Counted from the first letter of the stretch, positions 38,395-48,139 are shown. The stretch: 56,848 bases of DNA from an uncultured Candidatus Saccharibacteria bacterium (GCA_964406165.1 CAYOQQ010000004.1:1-56848), one strand, 5' to 3'. The notes: generated by a model from the letters alone, not told the origin. A program made the numbers and translations.

Positions 38395-40841
38395 AATTCC
38401 AAGAAGTACTTACCATTGCAAAAAAATATACAAGTGTTGCACTCTTAAATAAAGTAGTGCCAATTGCTGTTAGGAATCTATGTATTCCATTTTCTCTAGT
38501 CATAACACTGGTATCAACTATTCTTTTCTTGTTGACTGAGTTGCATGTTCGGTATGGTTTTATTCCAGCTAAATATGAGGGGCCATTCTTAGCACTAGTA
38601 CCATACGAGAAACTGCTTTTATTCGTAGCAGTCCTTACCCTTATTATTTTTATGTGTATGTATGCGCTCCATGCGTATTACAGATACTACCTACTTGCAA
38701 GTATCGAACGAGTATTTCGTTCAAATGAAACAAGAATGAGGGTTTCGTATGAAGCAGGCATAGCACTCGTTGCTAGTCAATCAAAAGGCATTGTTGCTGG
38801 ATTACTTGATGTTAAGGAGTCACAATTTATTTTAGATAGACTACTCTTAACCAAAGACGCTGTGCTTACACTTCAAGGTGTTGTAATTGATATTGAAAAA
38901 GCTGTTCCTGAGAATAATACAACAGTGACACTGGGGTCGTTATGGAAACTGTTGTATGAACAATCAGACGCGTTACAAAAACTATTACTCTCCCAAAAGG
39001 TGCAACAAGACATATTCGAAGCAACGTGTGATTGGTTAGATAGGTTACTTGAAGATGAAAAAAGAAATAGCGCATGGTGGTGGCGAGAAAATCTCAGTAA
39101 GACTCGAGGTATCGCTAAGTCACTCTCATACGGTAGTGCAATTATTATCAGTAGATATGCGCGTGAGCTTGTTATGAGTACTGGGAATCTAGGTAAAATC
39201 CAACTACATAGAAATGCGATTGTGTCTCTTGAAGATGCTTTAGCTAAAAAATACGGAGCTAATGCAGTTATTGTGGGTAATAGAGGAACAGGTCGGCATA
39301 CTGTGGTGAGCATGCTGTCTAAGATGATAGACCAGGGTGACTGTTATGCAGAAATTGAACATAAGCGAATATTTGAATTCGATAATAATGTGCTCGGTGC
39401 GCTAGACCAAGGAGAACTCATAAGTGTCTTAGGAAGGTGTTTCGAAGAAGCAATAGCAATCAGAAATATTATTTTCGTGTTTAATGATTTACCTGCTTTA
39501 TATGAGATGACACAAAGGCAAGGGGTAGATATTTTCCAAATCATGGAGAGGTATATTAATCATGCGGATGTCTCAGTTATTTGTATTTGTGACCAGATGT
39601 TCTATCAAGCAGAAACTCATAAACCACTCTTTGATAAAGATTTCGAAGTGATTCATATTGATGATATGAATACGAAATTATTAATTCCGTATATCGAGGA
39701 CCATGCAGTGATAGTAGAAAATTCTACAGGAACATTTTTTCCATCACATACAATACATGCAGTAGCATCAGCTCTTACAAGATATTTCGTTGAAGATTCT
39801 CCTTTAGTTAAAGCTGAAGATTTACTCATTAAGATTGCAACAAGCACAAGTGGTTCAAAGCATGTACTTTTGGATGAAACTGCTGTTTCTGAAACAATAC
39901 GCTCAATCACAGGGGTTCAGACTGGGGAGATACATACCGATGAAAAAGAAAAGTTACTTAATCTAGAAGCAATATTACATGAAAAAGTAATGGGGCAAGA
40001 TGAGGCAATTAAGATAGTTGCTAGCACAATGAGAAGGTCTCGCGCAGGGCTTACTAGTTCATCTAAACCAATTGGTTCTTTTCTTTTCCTTGGTCCAACT
40101 GGTGTTGGTAAGACAGAAACAGCAAAGACACTTGCTTCAGTATTTTTTGGTAGTGAAGATCATATGTCACGTATTGATATGAATGAATACACTATGAGTG
40201 ACTCCTCTCAAAGACTACTTGGGGATAGTAACCAAGAAGGTGACATCGCAACACTCATCCATGGAAGACCATATGGCGTCCTTTTATTAGACGAATTCGA
40301 GAAAGCTACAACAGATGTGAAAGATATCTTTTTAAGAGTACTCGATGAAGGTGTCTTTACTAATGGTGCAGGTAAAATGATTTCTGCACGAACTCAGATT
40401 ATCATTGCGACATCAAATGCAGGATCTTCATATATACAAGATAGTGGTCTTCATGCCTCAAGCACTAAAGAAGAGATTGATACAATTAAGAATAAATTAA
40501 TAGAAGCGATTGTTTCTGAGGGGTTATTTAGACCTGAGCTTATCAATAGATTCGACGCAGTCGTGCTATTCCATCCTCTTGGGGATAATTCTAGGACTCT
40601 CATTGCTAGGAAGATGTTAGATGCTCTTAAGAAGCGTGCCCTTGAGCAAGGATACAGTGTTAATTTTACGGACGCACTTATTGAAAAACTATTAGGAGTA
40701 GAAGGAGATGCGGCATTTGGTGGTAGAGCTATACAAAGGAATATTCAAAGTGAGGTTGAAGAAGCTCTTGCTCGAAAGATTATTGAAGGTAGTCTTAAGG
40801 TGGGGGGTGAGATTGTTTTAGGCGCAGGTGACATACAGTAA
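38391..40841 (+). CDS. membrane-anchored Clp/Hsp100-type AAA+ ATPase (ClpB/ClpC-like D2 module, degenerate D1)
   Basis: Two or three N-terminal TM helices. D2 has VMGQDEAI, Walker A FLGPTGVGKTETAK, Walker B VLLLDEFEKA and RPELINRFD. The first AAA region has only GNRGTGRHT. Confidence 0.8.
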   Translation: MKFQEVLTIAKKYTSVALLNKVVPIAVRNLCIPFSLVITLVSTILFLLTELHVRYGFIPAKYEGPFLALVPYEKLLLFVAVLTLIIFMCMYALHAYYRYYLLASIERVFRSNETRMRVSYEAGIALVASQSKGIVAGLLDVKESQFILDRLLLTKDAVLTLQGVVIDIEKAVPENNTTVTLGSLWKLLYEQSDALQKLLLSQKVQQDIFEATCDWLDRLLEDEKRNSAWWWRENLSKTRGIAKSLSYGSAIIISRYARELVMSTGNLGKIQLHRNAIVSLEDALAKKYGANAVIVGNRGTGRHTVVSMLSKMIDQGDCYAEIEHKRIFEFDNNVLGALDQGELISVLGRCFEEAIAIRNIIFVFNDLPALYEMTQRQGVDIFQIMERYINHADVSVICICDQMFYQAETHKPLFDKDFEVIHIDDMNTKLLIPYIEDHAVIVENSTGTFFPSHTIHAVASALTRYFVEDSPLVKAEDLLIKIATSTSGSKHVLLDETAVSETIRSITGVQTGEIHTDEKEKLLNLEAILHEKVMGQDEAIKIVASTMRRSRAGLTSSSKPIGSFLFLGPTGVGKTETAKTLASVFFGSEDHMSRIDMNEYTMSDSSQRLLGDSNQEGDIATLIHGRPYGVLLLDEFEKATTDVKDIFLRVLDEGVFTNGAGKMISARTQIIIATSNAGSSYIQDSGLHASSTKEEIDTIKNKLIEAIVSEGLFRPELINRFDAVVLFHPLGDNSRTLIARKMLDALKKRALEQGYSVNFTDALIEKLLGVEGDAAFGGRAIQRNIQSEVEEALARKIIEGSLKVGGEIVLGAGDIQ

Positions 40842-40900
40842 GTCTAGATAAATAGTAATACTATTGCAATTTGTCAAGTTTTCTGGTAGTGTCTATCGTT

Positions 40901-41383
40901 ATGAGTCAACTTGCGGGGGCACATGCACATAGTGATACAAAGCACACATCAGGACATGATGATTTTTTGATGCGCTTTAGAAAAAATCTTGTAAAAGAGC
41001 TAGTTCTTTCTATTAAAATGATGAGAACAGCATTTGGAATTATTTTTGCTGTAGTGTTTGGATTTTTTTTCTTTATTATTGAGTTTGATTTTGCAAAGAA
41101 ATTTTTTGCACTTATTTTCCTACCTGCTACTACCTATATTATGGGTAAATATCTTACACTTCTCCCGATGACTATTATTATTGCGGTTACAATAGTTTCA
41201 TTGTTTTCTCTCGCAAATGCAAAAGAAGGAGATGATGTTTTCAATTGGTTTGGTGATATTATTGGATCTATTGTGGAAGCTTCTACTGCGAAATCTGGTG
41301 GTGAAGTGCCTCTTTCAAAAAGAATATTTGGTTTCATAGTTTTGTCTACTGTAGCAAGCTTCTTGATTGTTTTCCTTGTGTAA
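40901..41383 (+). CDS. hypothetical polytopic membrane protein
   Basis: ATG start preferred over the upstream TTG. 160 aa, 4 TM. Confidence 0.4.
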   Translation: MSQLAGAHAHSDTKHTSGHDDFLMRFRKNLVKELVLSIKMMRTAFGIIFAVVFGFFFFIIEFDFAKKFFALIFLPATTYIMGKYLTLLPMTIIIAVTIVSLFSLANAKEGDDVFNWFGDIIGSIVEASTAKSGGEVPLSKRIFGFIVLSTVASFLIVFLV

Positions 41384-41415
41384 CAGTTTTCCCTGTTTAT
41401 TGCTATAATTAAGTA

Positions 41416-41730
41416 ATGTTAAGGAAATTATTTTCTAAAAAAGAATCAGTCCCACTTGAGGAAATTCTTCGTAATGGTGCATTAATTCTTGATGTTCGGA
41501 GTAAAGAGGAGTTCGCATCAGGCCATGTGAATGGTGCAAAAAATATTCCCATTACCGAGCTTGAGCAAAATATCTCTGTTCTTGGACCAAAATCTACTAC
41601 TATTGTTACTTGTTGTATGTCTGGCGGAAGAAGCTCTGTTGCAGTTAGTATTCTTACTAAGCACGGTTATACAAATGTGCATAATGGTGGTGGTTGGCAA
41701 TCTGTTAAAGCTGCACAGAATAAGAAATAA
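41416..41730 (+). CDS. single-domain rhodanese-like sulfurtransferase
   Basis: 104 aa with active-site loop CCMSGGRS. Confidence 0.8.
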   Translation: MLRKLFSKKESVPLEEILRNGALILDVRSKEEFASGHVNGAKNIPITELEQNISVLGPKSTTIVTCCMSGGRSSVAVSILTKHGYTNVHNGGGWQSVKAAQNKK

Positions 41731-41774
41731 GTGTAGATGTGGGGCGATGACTTCTTCATTTGTTTATGATAGTT

Positions 41775-41783
41775 TGGTATAAT
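41775..41783 (+). promoter_or_regulatory. extended -10 promoter element TGGTATAAT upstream of trhO
   Basis: TGnTATAAT lies 18 nt before the ATG at 41802, implying a very short leader. Confidence 0.45.
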
Positions 41784-41801
41784 CGCTGTAATAAATCGCT
41801 T

Positions 41802-42695
41802 ATGAATTTCCAAGTATTGCTTTTTTATAAATACGTTACTATTGAAAATCCTCAGGAATTAAAGGGGTCTTATCTTTCGCTTTGTAAAAAATACAATCTC
41901 CTTGGACGTACACTTATTGCAGGAGAAGGGATTAATGGAACAGTAGAAGGAACAGTCGAAGATACTGAGAACTTTGCGAAAGAGCTACGAACAGATGTTC
42001 GATTCTCTGATATGCAGATTAAGCGTAGTGCAGGAAACGGAAAGTCATTCCCGAAACTATCGGTAAAAATTCGTGAAGAAATTGTAGGTACTCGATTCCC
42101 GAGTGAAGTTGATCCTCGGATCAAGACTGCTCCACACCTCTCACCGGAGGAGCTCAGGAAGTGGTACGAAGAAGATAAGGACTTCGTTGTGGTGGATATG
42201 CGTAATTCATATGAGTTCGAGTCAGGACACTTCAAAAAATCAATTGACCCTGGAATGACCGCATCACGTGAGCTTCCACAACTTATTGACAAGATCAAGA
42301 AAGAAACAGAAGGGAAGACAGTTCTTACGGTCTGTACCGGTGGAGTACGCTGCGAAAAGATGTCAGCGTATCTACTTCATGAGGGATTCAAAGATGTGTA
42401 CCAGCTAGATGGTGGTATGCATTCGTATATGGAGAAATATCCAGGGAAAGATTTTCTTGGGACGTTGTTTACATTTGATAATCGACTCGTGATGGATTTT
42501 GGTGGAGAGCGAGAAATTATCGGTAAGTGTAAACGCTGTAATGCAACTAATGAGCAATACCAGAACTGTGCGAATGCTGAGTGCAATATGTTATTTATTA
42601 TATGTAACGACTGCATGTCTTCTGAGGGTCCAGGATTTTGTAGTGAGAAGTGTGAACGTTCAACAGTAAGAGTTGTGAATCGTGTGCGCGCTTAA
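41802..42695 (+). CDS. trhO: rhodanese-domain tRNA U34 hydroxylase TrhO (YceA/UPF0176 family)
   Basis: N-terminal LLFYKYV, rhodanese loop CTGGVRCEK, and a C-terminal Cys-rich tail. Confidence 0.8.
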   Translation: MNFQVLLFYKYVTIENPQELKGSYLSLCKKYNLLGRTLIAGEGINGTVEGTVEDTENFAKELRTDVRFSDMQIKRSAGNGKSFPKLSVKIREEIVGTRFPSEVDPRIKTAPHLSPEELRKWYEEDKDFVVVDMRNSYEFESGHFKKSIDPGMTASRELPQLIDKIKKETEGKTVLTVCTGGVRCEKMSAYLLHEGFKDVYQLDGGMHSYMEKYPGKDFLGTLFTFDNRLVMDFGGEREIIGKCKRCNATNEQYQNCANAECNMLFIICNDCMSSEGPGFCSEKCERSTVRVVNRVRA

Positions 42696-42696
42696 T

Positions 42697-43440
42697 ATGC
42701 AAAGCAATCCATTACTGGGAATATTTGATTCTGGTGTTGGAGGGTTCAGTGTCTACAAAAAAATTAGAAACACTACACAAGTAAATTGTGTTTATTATGG
42801 TGATTGCATGCGTGCGCCGTATGGCAACCGCGAAGAAACAGAAATAATAAGTTTCATTAAAGATGATATTGCTTTTTTACAAGATAAAGGAGTAACCCAT
42901 TTTGTAAATGCGTGTAATAGCATGTCAGTGCTTACTACTAACACACTACTTGGTGAGTGTAATGTTTCCCAAGAAAAGTATGTTGATATGATTCGTGCTT
43001 TTGATACGTATACCAATTTTCCATCGGACGCTGTTGTTCTTGTTATTGCAACTAAAGCAACAATTAGAAGTGGGGCATATCAAGAGGTACTACAGAAAAA
43101 AGGAGTAGAAGTGCTCAGTTTCGTGTATGAAGATTTGGCTGGTGCAATTGAAGCTAATGCTAGTCGTGAAGAGATCTTACGAATTATTGAAAGAAGTATT
43201 GTTTATGCCAAGGAACATAATGTGACGCATATTGTATATGGCTGTACGCACTACCCACTTGTTGAAAGACTCTTTAATGAAGTGAAAGAAAAAGTTACGT
43301 GGGGTGGTGAGTTTATTGATCCAGCGGTGTATGTTGCACAAGAAGTAAAATCGTGGAACCTGTCAGGGGAAGGGTCCTTTGTGCCGTATTCAAGTAAAGA
43401 TACTCCTGCGTTTATAAATAATGTAATTAAGTTTTTGTAA
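42697..43440 (+). CDS. murI: glutamate racemase
   Basis: Motifs GIFDSGVGG, ACNSMS and GCTHYP. Confidence 0.85.
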   Translation: MQSNPLLGIFDSGVGGFSVYKKIRNTTQVNCVYYGDCMRAPYGNREETEIISFIKDDIAFLQDKGVTHFVNACNSMSVLTTNTLLGECNVSQEKYVDMIRAFDTYTNFPSDAVVLVIATKATIRSGAYQEVLQKKGVEVLSFVYEDLAGAIEANASREEILRIIERSIVYAKEHNVTHIVYGCTHYPLVERLFNEVKEKVTWGGEFIDPAVYVAQEVKSWNLSGEGSFVPYSSKDTPAFINNVIKFL

Positions 43441-43476
43441 TAGTGTTTAGTGTAATGTGTGGTAGTATGCAACTAC

Positions 43477-44223
43477 ATGAAATTCGAAGATAAGGTTGAA
43501 CAGTTGCGCATCAAGAAACACCAAGGGAGAGAGACTCCAGAATTTTTGGCTGATGTTGCTAAGATGACACATGGTGAAGCATTCGAATACCTACTAGGAG
43601 AGGTAGTTTTTTGTGGTGCAAAAGTAGACTTGTCACTTCGGCCTATGATCCCACGACCTGAGACTGAGTTTTGGGTCAAGCAGGCAATTGATGACTTGCT
43701 CGCGACTCGTAGACAGTTCGTACTCAGAACATTAGATCTCTTTTCAGGTTCTGGGTGTGTAGGGCTTGCAGTTGCAAAAAATATCCCAGAAGCAACAGTG
43801 GACTTCATCGAGCTTGATCCGAAATTAAAACCAGGGGTTGAGAATTCTATTGTTCGAAATAATATTAAGAAGCTTCGTGCACGAGTACTCACGGGAGACA
43901 CATGGGAAGGGGCTGGAGGAACATATGATGTGATTTTCGCAGTGCCACCATATGTGCCACCACAGATGAAAGATGAAGTGATGCAAGAGCTCGGCGCAGA
44001 AGATCCGTTATCATTTTTTGATAAAGAGGATGGTTACTACTATCATAAACAAGTACTTTCAAGAGCAAAAGAATTCCTTAAAGATGATGGGGTTCTCTAT
44101 CTCGAATTTGATATCACCCAACGTGAACAGATAGAACAGCTCGCAAAAGACTACGGCTATCAAAACTACTCCTTCTTAAGTGATCCATACGGACATGAGT
44201 TTGTAATTAAAGTAGGAAAATAA
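43477..44223 (+). CDS. prmC: release-factor glutamine N5-methyltransferase (HemK/PrmC-like)
   Basis: SAM motif LDLFSGSGCVG and (N/V)PPY motif AVPPYV. Confidence 0.7.
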   Translation: MKFEDKVEQLRIKKHQGRETPEFLADVAKMTHGEAFEYLLGEVVFCGAKVDLSLRPMIPRPETEFWVKQAIDDLLATRRQFVLRTLDLFSGSGCVGLAVAKNIPEATVDFIELDPKLKPGVENSIVRNNIKKLRARVLTGDTWEGAGGTYDVIFAVPPYVPPQMKDEVMQELGAEDPLSFFDKEDGYYYHKQVLSRAKEFLKDDGVLYLEFDITQREQIEQLAKDYGYQNYSFLSDPYGHEFVIKVGK

Positions 44224-44332
44224 TTTATAACTACATTTTAAAAAATGTAAATATTGACTTATACTAGTATTAGTTGTAGTATACAGCCTAGCTTATATTT
44301 TTGTAAGCAGTTCTTTGTTAAAGGATATGCTC

Positions 44333-44998
44333 ATGGAACGATTCTTCCTGTTCTTACCTTCGGTGTTGATAATTGCAAGTATTGGGGTAATTGCACTTTT
44401 GTTCGCAAGATACCATTACAAGAAGTTCAAAGAACATCTGCAAGATGCGGAATGGTTAGAAAAGAACCAGCTCAAACTTAGTATCTGGTTTGGTACTCCG
44501 GTGGTAAATATTGTGGCACCTACGCTTGAGGAATTAATTTTCCGCGCCCCGCTTGTAATTGCTTTTTCTGCATTAACGGCGGAGGCATGGATAGGGATTG
44601 TCATTTCGACGATACTTTTCGGCTTAATGCATTTTCCTGGTAGCAAGATTGAATTCAGTGAACTTGTTTCGCTGACCAGAAAATCGAATAAAGATGAAAT
44701 TGATGGTGCAGTGCTTACTTATCAGGCCGAAAACAGAGGGAAACTTTTATTCCGTAAATGTTTGCATGTTGTGCTGACAGCAATCCTCGGTCTCCTTGCT
44801 GGATACTATGGAGTTCTGTATCAATCCATTTGGGTAGCGGTTGGTATTCATGCTGCTTGGAATTTGTTTATGCCAGTCCTTATCCCTATTCTAGTTGGTT
44901 GCCTTTATGCAATCTATTATTTATTGACTGCTGCACTATTGAAAGTAAGAGCCAGTCAAGAAAGAAAACGACATAAGAATTTCTACACCTCGATTTGA
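44333..44998 (+). CDS. CPBP-family intramembrane glutamic endopeptidase (CAAX protease-like)
   Basis: Motifs EELIFRAPL, FGLMH and HAAWN. The start is uncertain (TTG 44315, ATG 44327 or 44333). Confidence 0.75.
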   Translation: MERFFLFLPSVLIIASIGVIALLFARYHYKKFKEHLQDAEWLEKNQLKLSIWFGTPVVNIVAPTLEELIFRAPLVIAFSALTAEAWIGIVISTILFGLMHFPGSKIEFSELVSLTRKSNKDEIDGAVLTYQAENRGKLLFRKCLHVVLTAILGLLAGYYGVLYQSIWVAVGIHAAWNLFMPVLIPILVGCLYAIYYLLTAALLKVRASQERKRHKNFYTSI

Positions 44999-45013
44999 GG
45001 TTGTATAAAGTGA

Positions 45014-45046
45014 CCATTGGTGCCGTAACGGTGCCAGTGGTTTTTA
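45014..45046 (+). terminator. intrinsic terminator
   Basis: ccattggtgcc-gtaac-ggtgccagtgg followed by ttttta. Confidence 0.55.
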
Positions 45047-45159
45047 TATTTTAGGACGTAGAGGAAATGACTTAATAATAGTTATTACTTTAATTTTATT
45101 TTAAATTTAACTACCTTAGTGTAGTATTTACATAGAGTTTTTTATACCAAAAGGAGAAA

Positions 45160-45663
45160 ATGATGGGGGGACTTACACGTCGAAGAGTGAACATTCTTAG
45201 GTTGGTAAAGCGACACAAGGAACACCTTAGACACCTAGATCTTGATAAGCGAACCCCAGAGGAAGTATTTCTTTGGTTGGTTGCGCATAGTGTAACACTC
45301 GAAACAAAAGAATCTGATGTTTTAGGGTTATGGTTTGGCTTCGGCTCTTTGTATCAATCAGCAACTGAAGATAAACCGGGTGCACTGCTTCACGGGAATC
45401 AAATCTGCCAACATCTAGGTGACGAATTTACCTTAGGGAAGTTCGCTAGAGTACGCGATAGACTTCTGCTAACTTTTGCACTTCAGCTAAGAGACCAGAC
45501 ACCTGTGCAAGAGATAGGGGAGATATACTGCTATCAACCACCACCGAAAGTAAGTAAATATAAGCAGGTAAAAAGTAGTGGGGTTAAAAAAATTGTCTTG
45601 CTGTCTAATATAAACAATATATATGTAGCAAGGACAACGTTTACTTGGCCGGTGAGATGTTAA
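45160..45663 (+). CDS. hypothetical 167-aa protein, tentatively sigma-70 region-4-like HTH
   Basis: SD aaggag. The segment LETKESDVLGLWFGFG...ICQHLG.EFTLGKFARVRDRLLLTFALQLR loosely resembles sigma region 4.2. It has its own terminator. Confidence 0.45.
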   Translation: MMGGLTRRRVNILRLVKRHKEHLRHLDLDKRTPEEVFLWLVAHSVTLETKESDVLGLWFGFGSLYQSATEDKPGALLHGNQICQHLGDEFTLGKFARVRDRLLLTFALQLRDQTPVQEIGEIYCYQPPPKVSKYKQVKSSGVKKIVLLSNINNIYVARTTFTWPVRC

Positions 45664-45666
45664 CAA

Positions 45667-45695
45667 GGGCGACCAGAGGTCGCCCTTTTATTTTG
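45667..45695 (+). terminator. intrinsic terminator
   Basis: gggcgac-cagag-gtcgccc followed by ttttatttt. Confidence 0.75.
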
Positions 45696-45726
45696 CATAC
45701 CAGTCCAACGTAAATGATAGAAAGAT

Positions 45727-45755
45727 TTGACAATAAGTATAATTCAGTGTAGAGT
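45727..45755 (+). promoter_or_regulatory. sigma70-type promoter
   Basis: TTGACA, 17-nt spacer, TAGAGT. Confidence 0.5.
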
Positions 45756-45804
45756 ATTTTTTGAATCTAGTTCATTGGGAATTAGAAAAACAACAGGAGA
45801 ATGA

Positions 45805-46614
45805 ATGAAAGTATCAATCGAATGGCGTGGCACCGTAAGTGCTCCGCTACGATCTGAATTCGAACAAAATGTTCGAAAGACTCTCTTTGCTTTTTTTAAG
45901 CGTTACACTGGCTCAATCAACGAAATCAAGCTTGCCGCTTTTCGTCCGGGCAGTACCAATATTGAACGTCTAGTACGCCCAGCACCACCGACTGCAAACT
46001 TCGGTTTGAATCCGGTCGGATATAGAGCAATGATTGTGCTTGATGGTTCAAAGTCTCAAGGGTTGATTTGTCTCATGACTATCGACAACAAGACAGAGGC
46101 TGAAGTGGCTGCAATCATCGAAGCTGGTCCTTATCACAAGAAACGTGGTGGCGCTCAGCGAGATGGAGAAGAGTTCGAAGATAGTGGTTTCAGCCAAGAA
46201 GCTGGCTCTGTAGTCTCATCTGCCTCAGAAGGGGGCGATGTCGCTGTGGAGTCTGCAGTTGAAACAGCAGTAACCAGTGTAGGTGTAGAAAAGATAGTTT
46301 CTGTCCCCGAGGTAGAAACTGAAATGTCTGACGCCGAACTTCTGCAGTATGTTGCCAAGATACTTAGCGACAGGAAAGAAACTGTTGCATTGCTTGCTGA
46401 ATCTTCTCAGGCGGAAATTAATCTCACTAATGAGGTTCATGACCTGGTAAGTAAGCTTGCTACTGCGAGAGCAAATCTTGCCATTGTGTCTGCAAAAGTT
46501 GAAGCCAATAAGGCAAAACTGTCGGAGTTCCATATTCCTGAAGCAGTGAAGGAAAAAGCATTAGCAGCGAAGGCTCGCCTTGATGCAAGTTTCGGAGAAT
46601 GGGAAAACTCGTAA
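45805..46614 (+). CDS. hypothetical 269-aa protein with an acidic linker and a C-terminal coiled coil
   Basis: SD aggaga. More G+C-rich than the flanks. The Ala/Glu/Lys-rich C-terminal heptad-like region has no recognised domain. Confidence 0.55.
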   Translation: MKVSIEWRGTVSAPLRSEFEQNVRKTLFAFFKRYTGSINEIKLAAFRPGSTNIERLVRPAPPTANFGLNPVGYRAMIVLDGSKSQGLICLMTIDNKTEAEVAAIIEAGPYHKKRGGAQRDGEEFEDSGFSQEAGSVVSSASEGGDVAVESAVETAVTSVGVEKIVSVPEVETEMSDAELLQYVAKILSDRKETVALLAESSQAEINLTNEVHDLVSKLATARANLAIVSAKVEANKAKLSEFHIPEAVKEKALAAKARLDASFGEWENS

Positions 46615-46633
46615 GCAGTTCTCTCTGTTCAAA

Positions 46634-46660
46634 GCCCCAGGTTATCTGGGGCTTTTTTAT
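46634..46660 (+). terminator. intrinsic terminator
   Basis: gccccag-gttat-ctggggc followed by tttttt. Confidence 0.8.
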
Positions 46661-46809
46661 TTATTTGACAGTAATTTATTTTATAGTAGTGTATATAGTG
46701 CTCACTGATAATTCGTTCAGAGAGTCTGCGCAAGCAGGGTTCTTTACATATGTGGTGACATACTCGACTCAAGTCTATGTGCTTGCGCCACAATCGGAGA
46801 AAAAGAGAA

Positions 46810-47937
46810 ATGGCATATCAGGTAAAAGTCCAAAACGGTGCTCTGGACCTGCACAACAAGTCGGTCATTTTGCGGGGGGTCATTGACCCTGACAGTTATG
46901 ACCGTATCCAGGTCGCTTCGTACCAGCGAGAGCGGCGGACACTCCCGAAACTGAAAGGCATGATTGCAGCCATCAAGGCTGGCGAGCAGATGCCTGATAT
47001 TGAGATCGGTGTCCGTGGCGAGAACTACCATGAACGCGAAGGGTGTTTTTACATCCATGATGACTGTTTCACTGTTGATGGTCTGCAGCGCCTCACTGCG
47101 TGTCAGCGGGTAATTGCTGAAGATGCAGGTGTCAACGTCCGTCTCGGAGCTATGTTCCATTTCAACACTACTGAAAAGTGGGAGAAAGATCGCTTCAAGG
47201 CGGTGAACGCAGGTGATGGTGGTCGTATTGCTGTCTCCCCGAACATTCTTCTGCGCAACAGTGCGGATGAGTGCAAGACGGTGGATGCGCTCATGAAGAT
47301 GAGTGCTTCCGACAAAGAGTTTGTGCTCCGTGGCAAAGTGAGCTGGGGCCAGAACAAGGGTCGCAGTGAGCTTTTGACGGCACTCACAGTACTCAAAGTA
47401 AGCGGTCATTTGCACAGTCACTTCGGTCCTGGTCGTTCGACAAAGTACACCGAGCTGATGAAAGCTTGTGATAAGACTCTTGCGATTGTTGGTCCGAACA
47501 TCTGGAGGGCAAACACGCGTGAGTTCTACGCTGTGATTGATCGAGCATTTGGTATCACCAAAATCGCATATGCTGATCTGATTAACCACATCAAGTTCGG
47601 CTTCTTGCGAGTATTGGCTCAGGTCTTTGCTGACCATGCCAACTTTTGGGAAGGTACCAAGCTGTCGGTGAATCGTCGTGACGAAGAGAAGTTGCGGCAA
47701 TTCGCGATCAGGGACCCTGGTGTCACTGGTCTCATCAGTGCTGGTGGCGGGGTCAATCCGGTCCTGTATCAGCTGCTGGTGGCACACCTCAATAGTGGAC
47801 GCCGTACCAACAGGTTGGTGAAATGGAATGGTCAGCCTGCTGACGGCGCCATGTCGATGAATGCTAACACCGATGATGAGATGGATCCTGATTCTGGTTT
47901 CCAAGAGTCAGGTATTAGTGAGCTTGCATTGAACTAG
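46810..47937 (+). CDS. ParB/Srx-superfamily protein (DUF262 / DGQHR-like motif VDGLQRLTA)
   Basis: ATG with SD ggagaaaaagagaa. Motifs SYQRE...DIEIGVR...FTVDGLQRLTA resemble the DUF262/DndB-type ParB-like N-terminal domain. This is the most G+C-rich gene of the window. The + strand was chosen over the mirror ORF because of these motifs, the SD, and the promoter and terminators on +. Confidence 0.6.
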   Translation: MAYQVKVQNGALDLHNKSVILRGVIDPDSYDRIQVASYQRERRTLPKLKGMIAAIKAGEQMPDIEIGVRGENYHEREGCFYIHDDCFTVDGLQRLTACQRVIAEDAGVNVRLGAMFHFNTTEKWEKDRFKAVNAGDGGRIAVSPNILLRNSADECKTVDALMKMSASDKEFVLRGKVSWGQNKGRSELLTALTVLKVSGHLHSHFGPGRSTKYTELMKACDKTLAIVGPNIWRANTREFYAVIDRAFGITKIAYADLINHIKFGFLRVLAQVFADHANFWEGTKLSVNRRDEEKLRQFAIRDPGVTGLISAGGGVNPVLYQLLVAHLNSGRRTNRLVKWNGQPADGAMSMNANTDDEMDPDSGFQESGISELALN

Positions 47938-47965
47938 AAAAGAACCTCACGTCTTGAGACGTGGG

Positions 47966-48056
47966 CCCCTAGTATACTGAGTATAATAGGGGCTTTTATT
48001 TTTATCACAAGAGTGGTTTTTCTCTTAACCCGGCATCGTAAGATGCCGGGTTTTTG
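47966..48056 (+). terminator. two consecutive intrinsic terminators
   Basis: cccctagtatac..gtataatagggg followed by cttttattttt, then acccggcatc-gtaa-gatgccgggt followed by ttttg. Confidence 0.75.
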
Positions 48057-48139
48057 TATTATGTATTTCAACCAAGCAAAAGTTTTCTGCCTTGAAAACC
48101 ACCACGGAGCCTGGTAGGCGAGTAAGAGTGCATTTTTCG

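Noticed and set aside
44224-44481. 75-aa ORF 44254-44481 overlapping the CPBP protease start
   Set aside because: It lies in a different frame over the same DNA as a gene with clear CPBP motifs. It has a Cys/Phe-rich nonsense composition and no SD.
46744-47904. 386-aa ORF on the minus strand exactly mirroring the + strand ORF 46777-47937
   Set aside because: It is an antisense shadow ORF, typical of a G+C-rich gene with strong codon bias. Its translation is low-complexity (R/T/V/H-rich) with no motifs. The + strand product has a ParB/DUF262-like motif, an SD, an upstream TTGACA box and downstream terminators.
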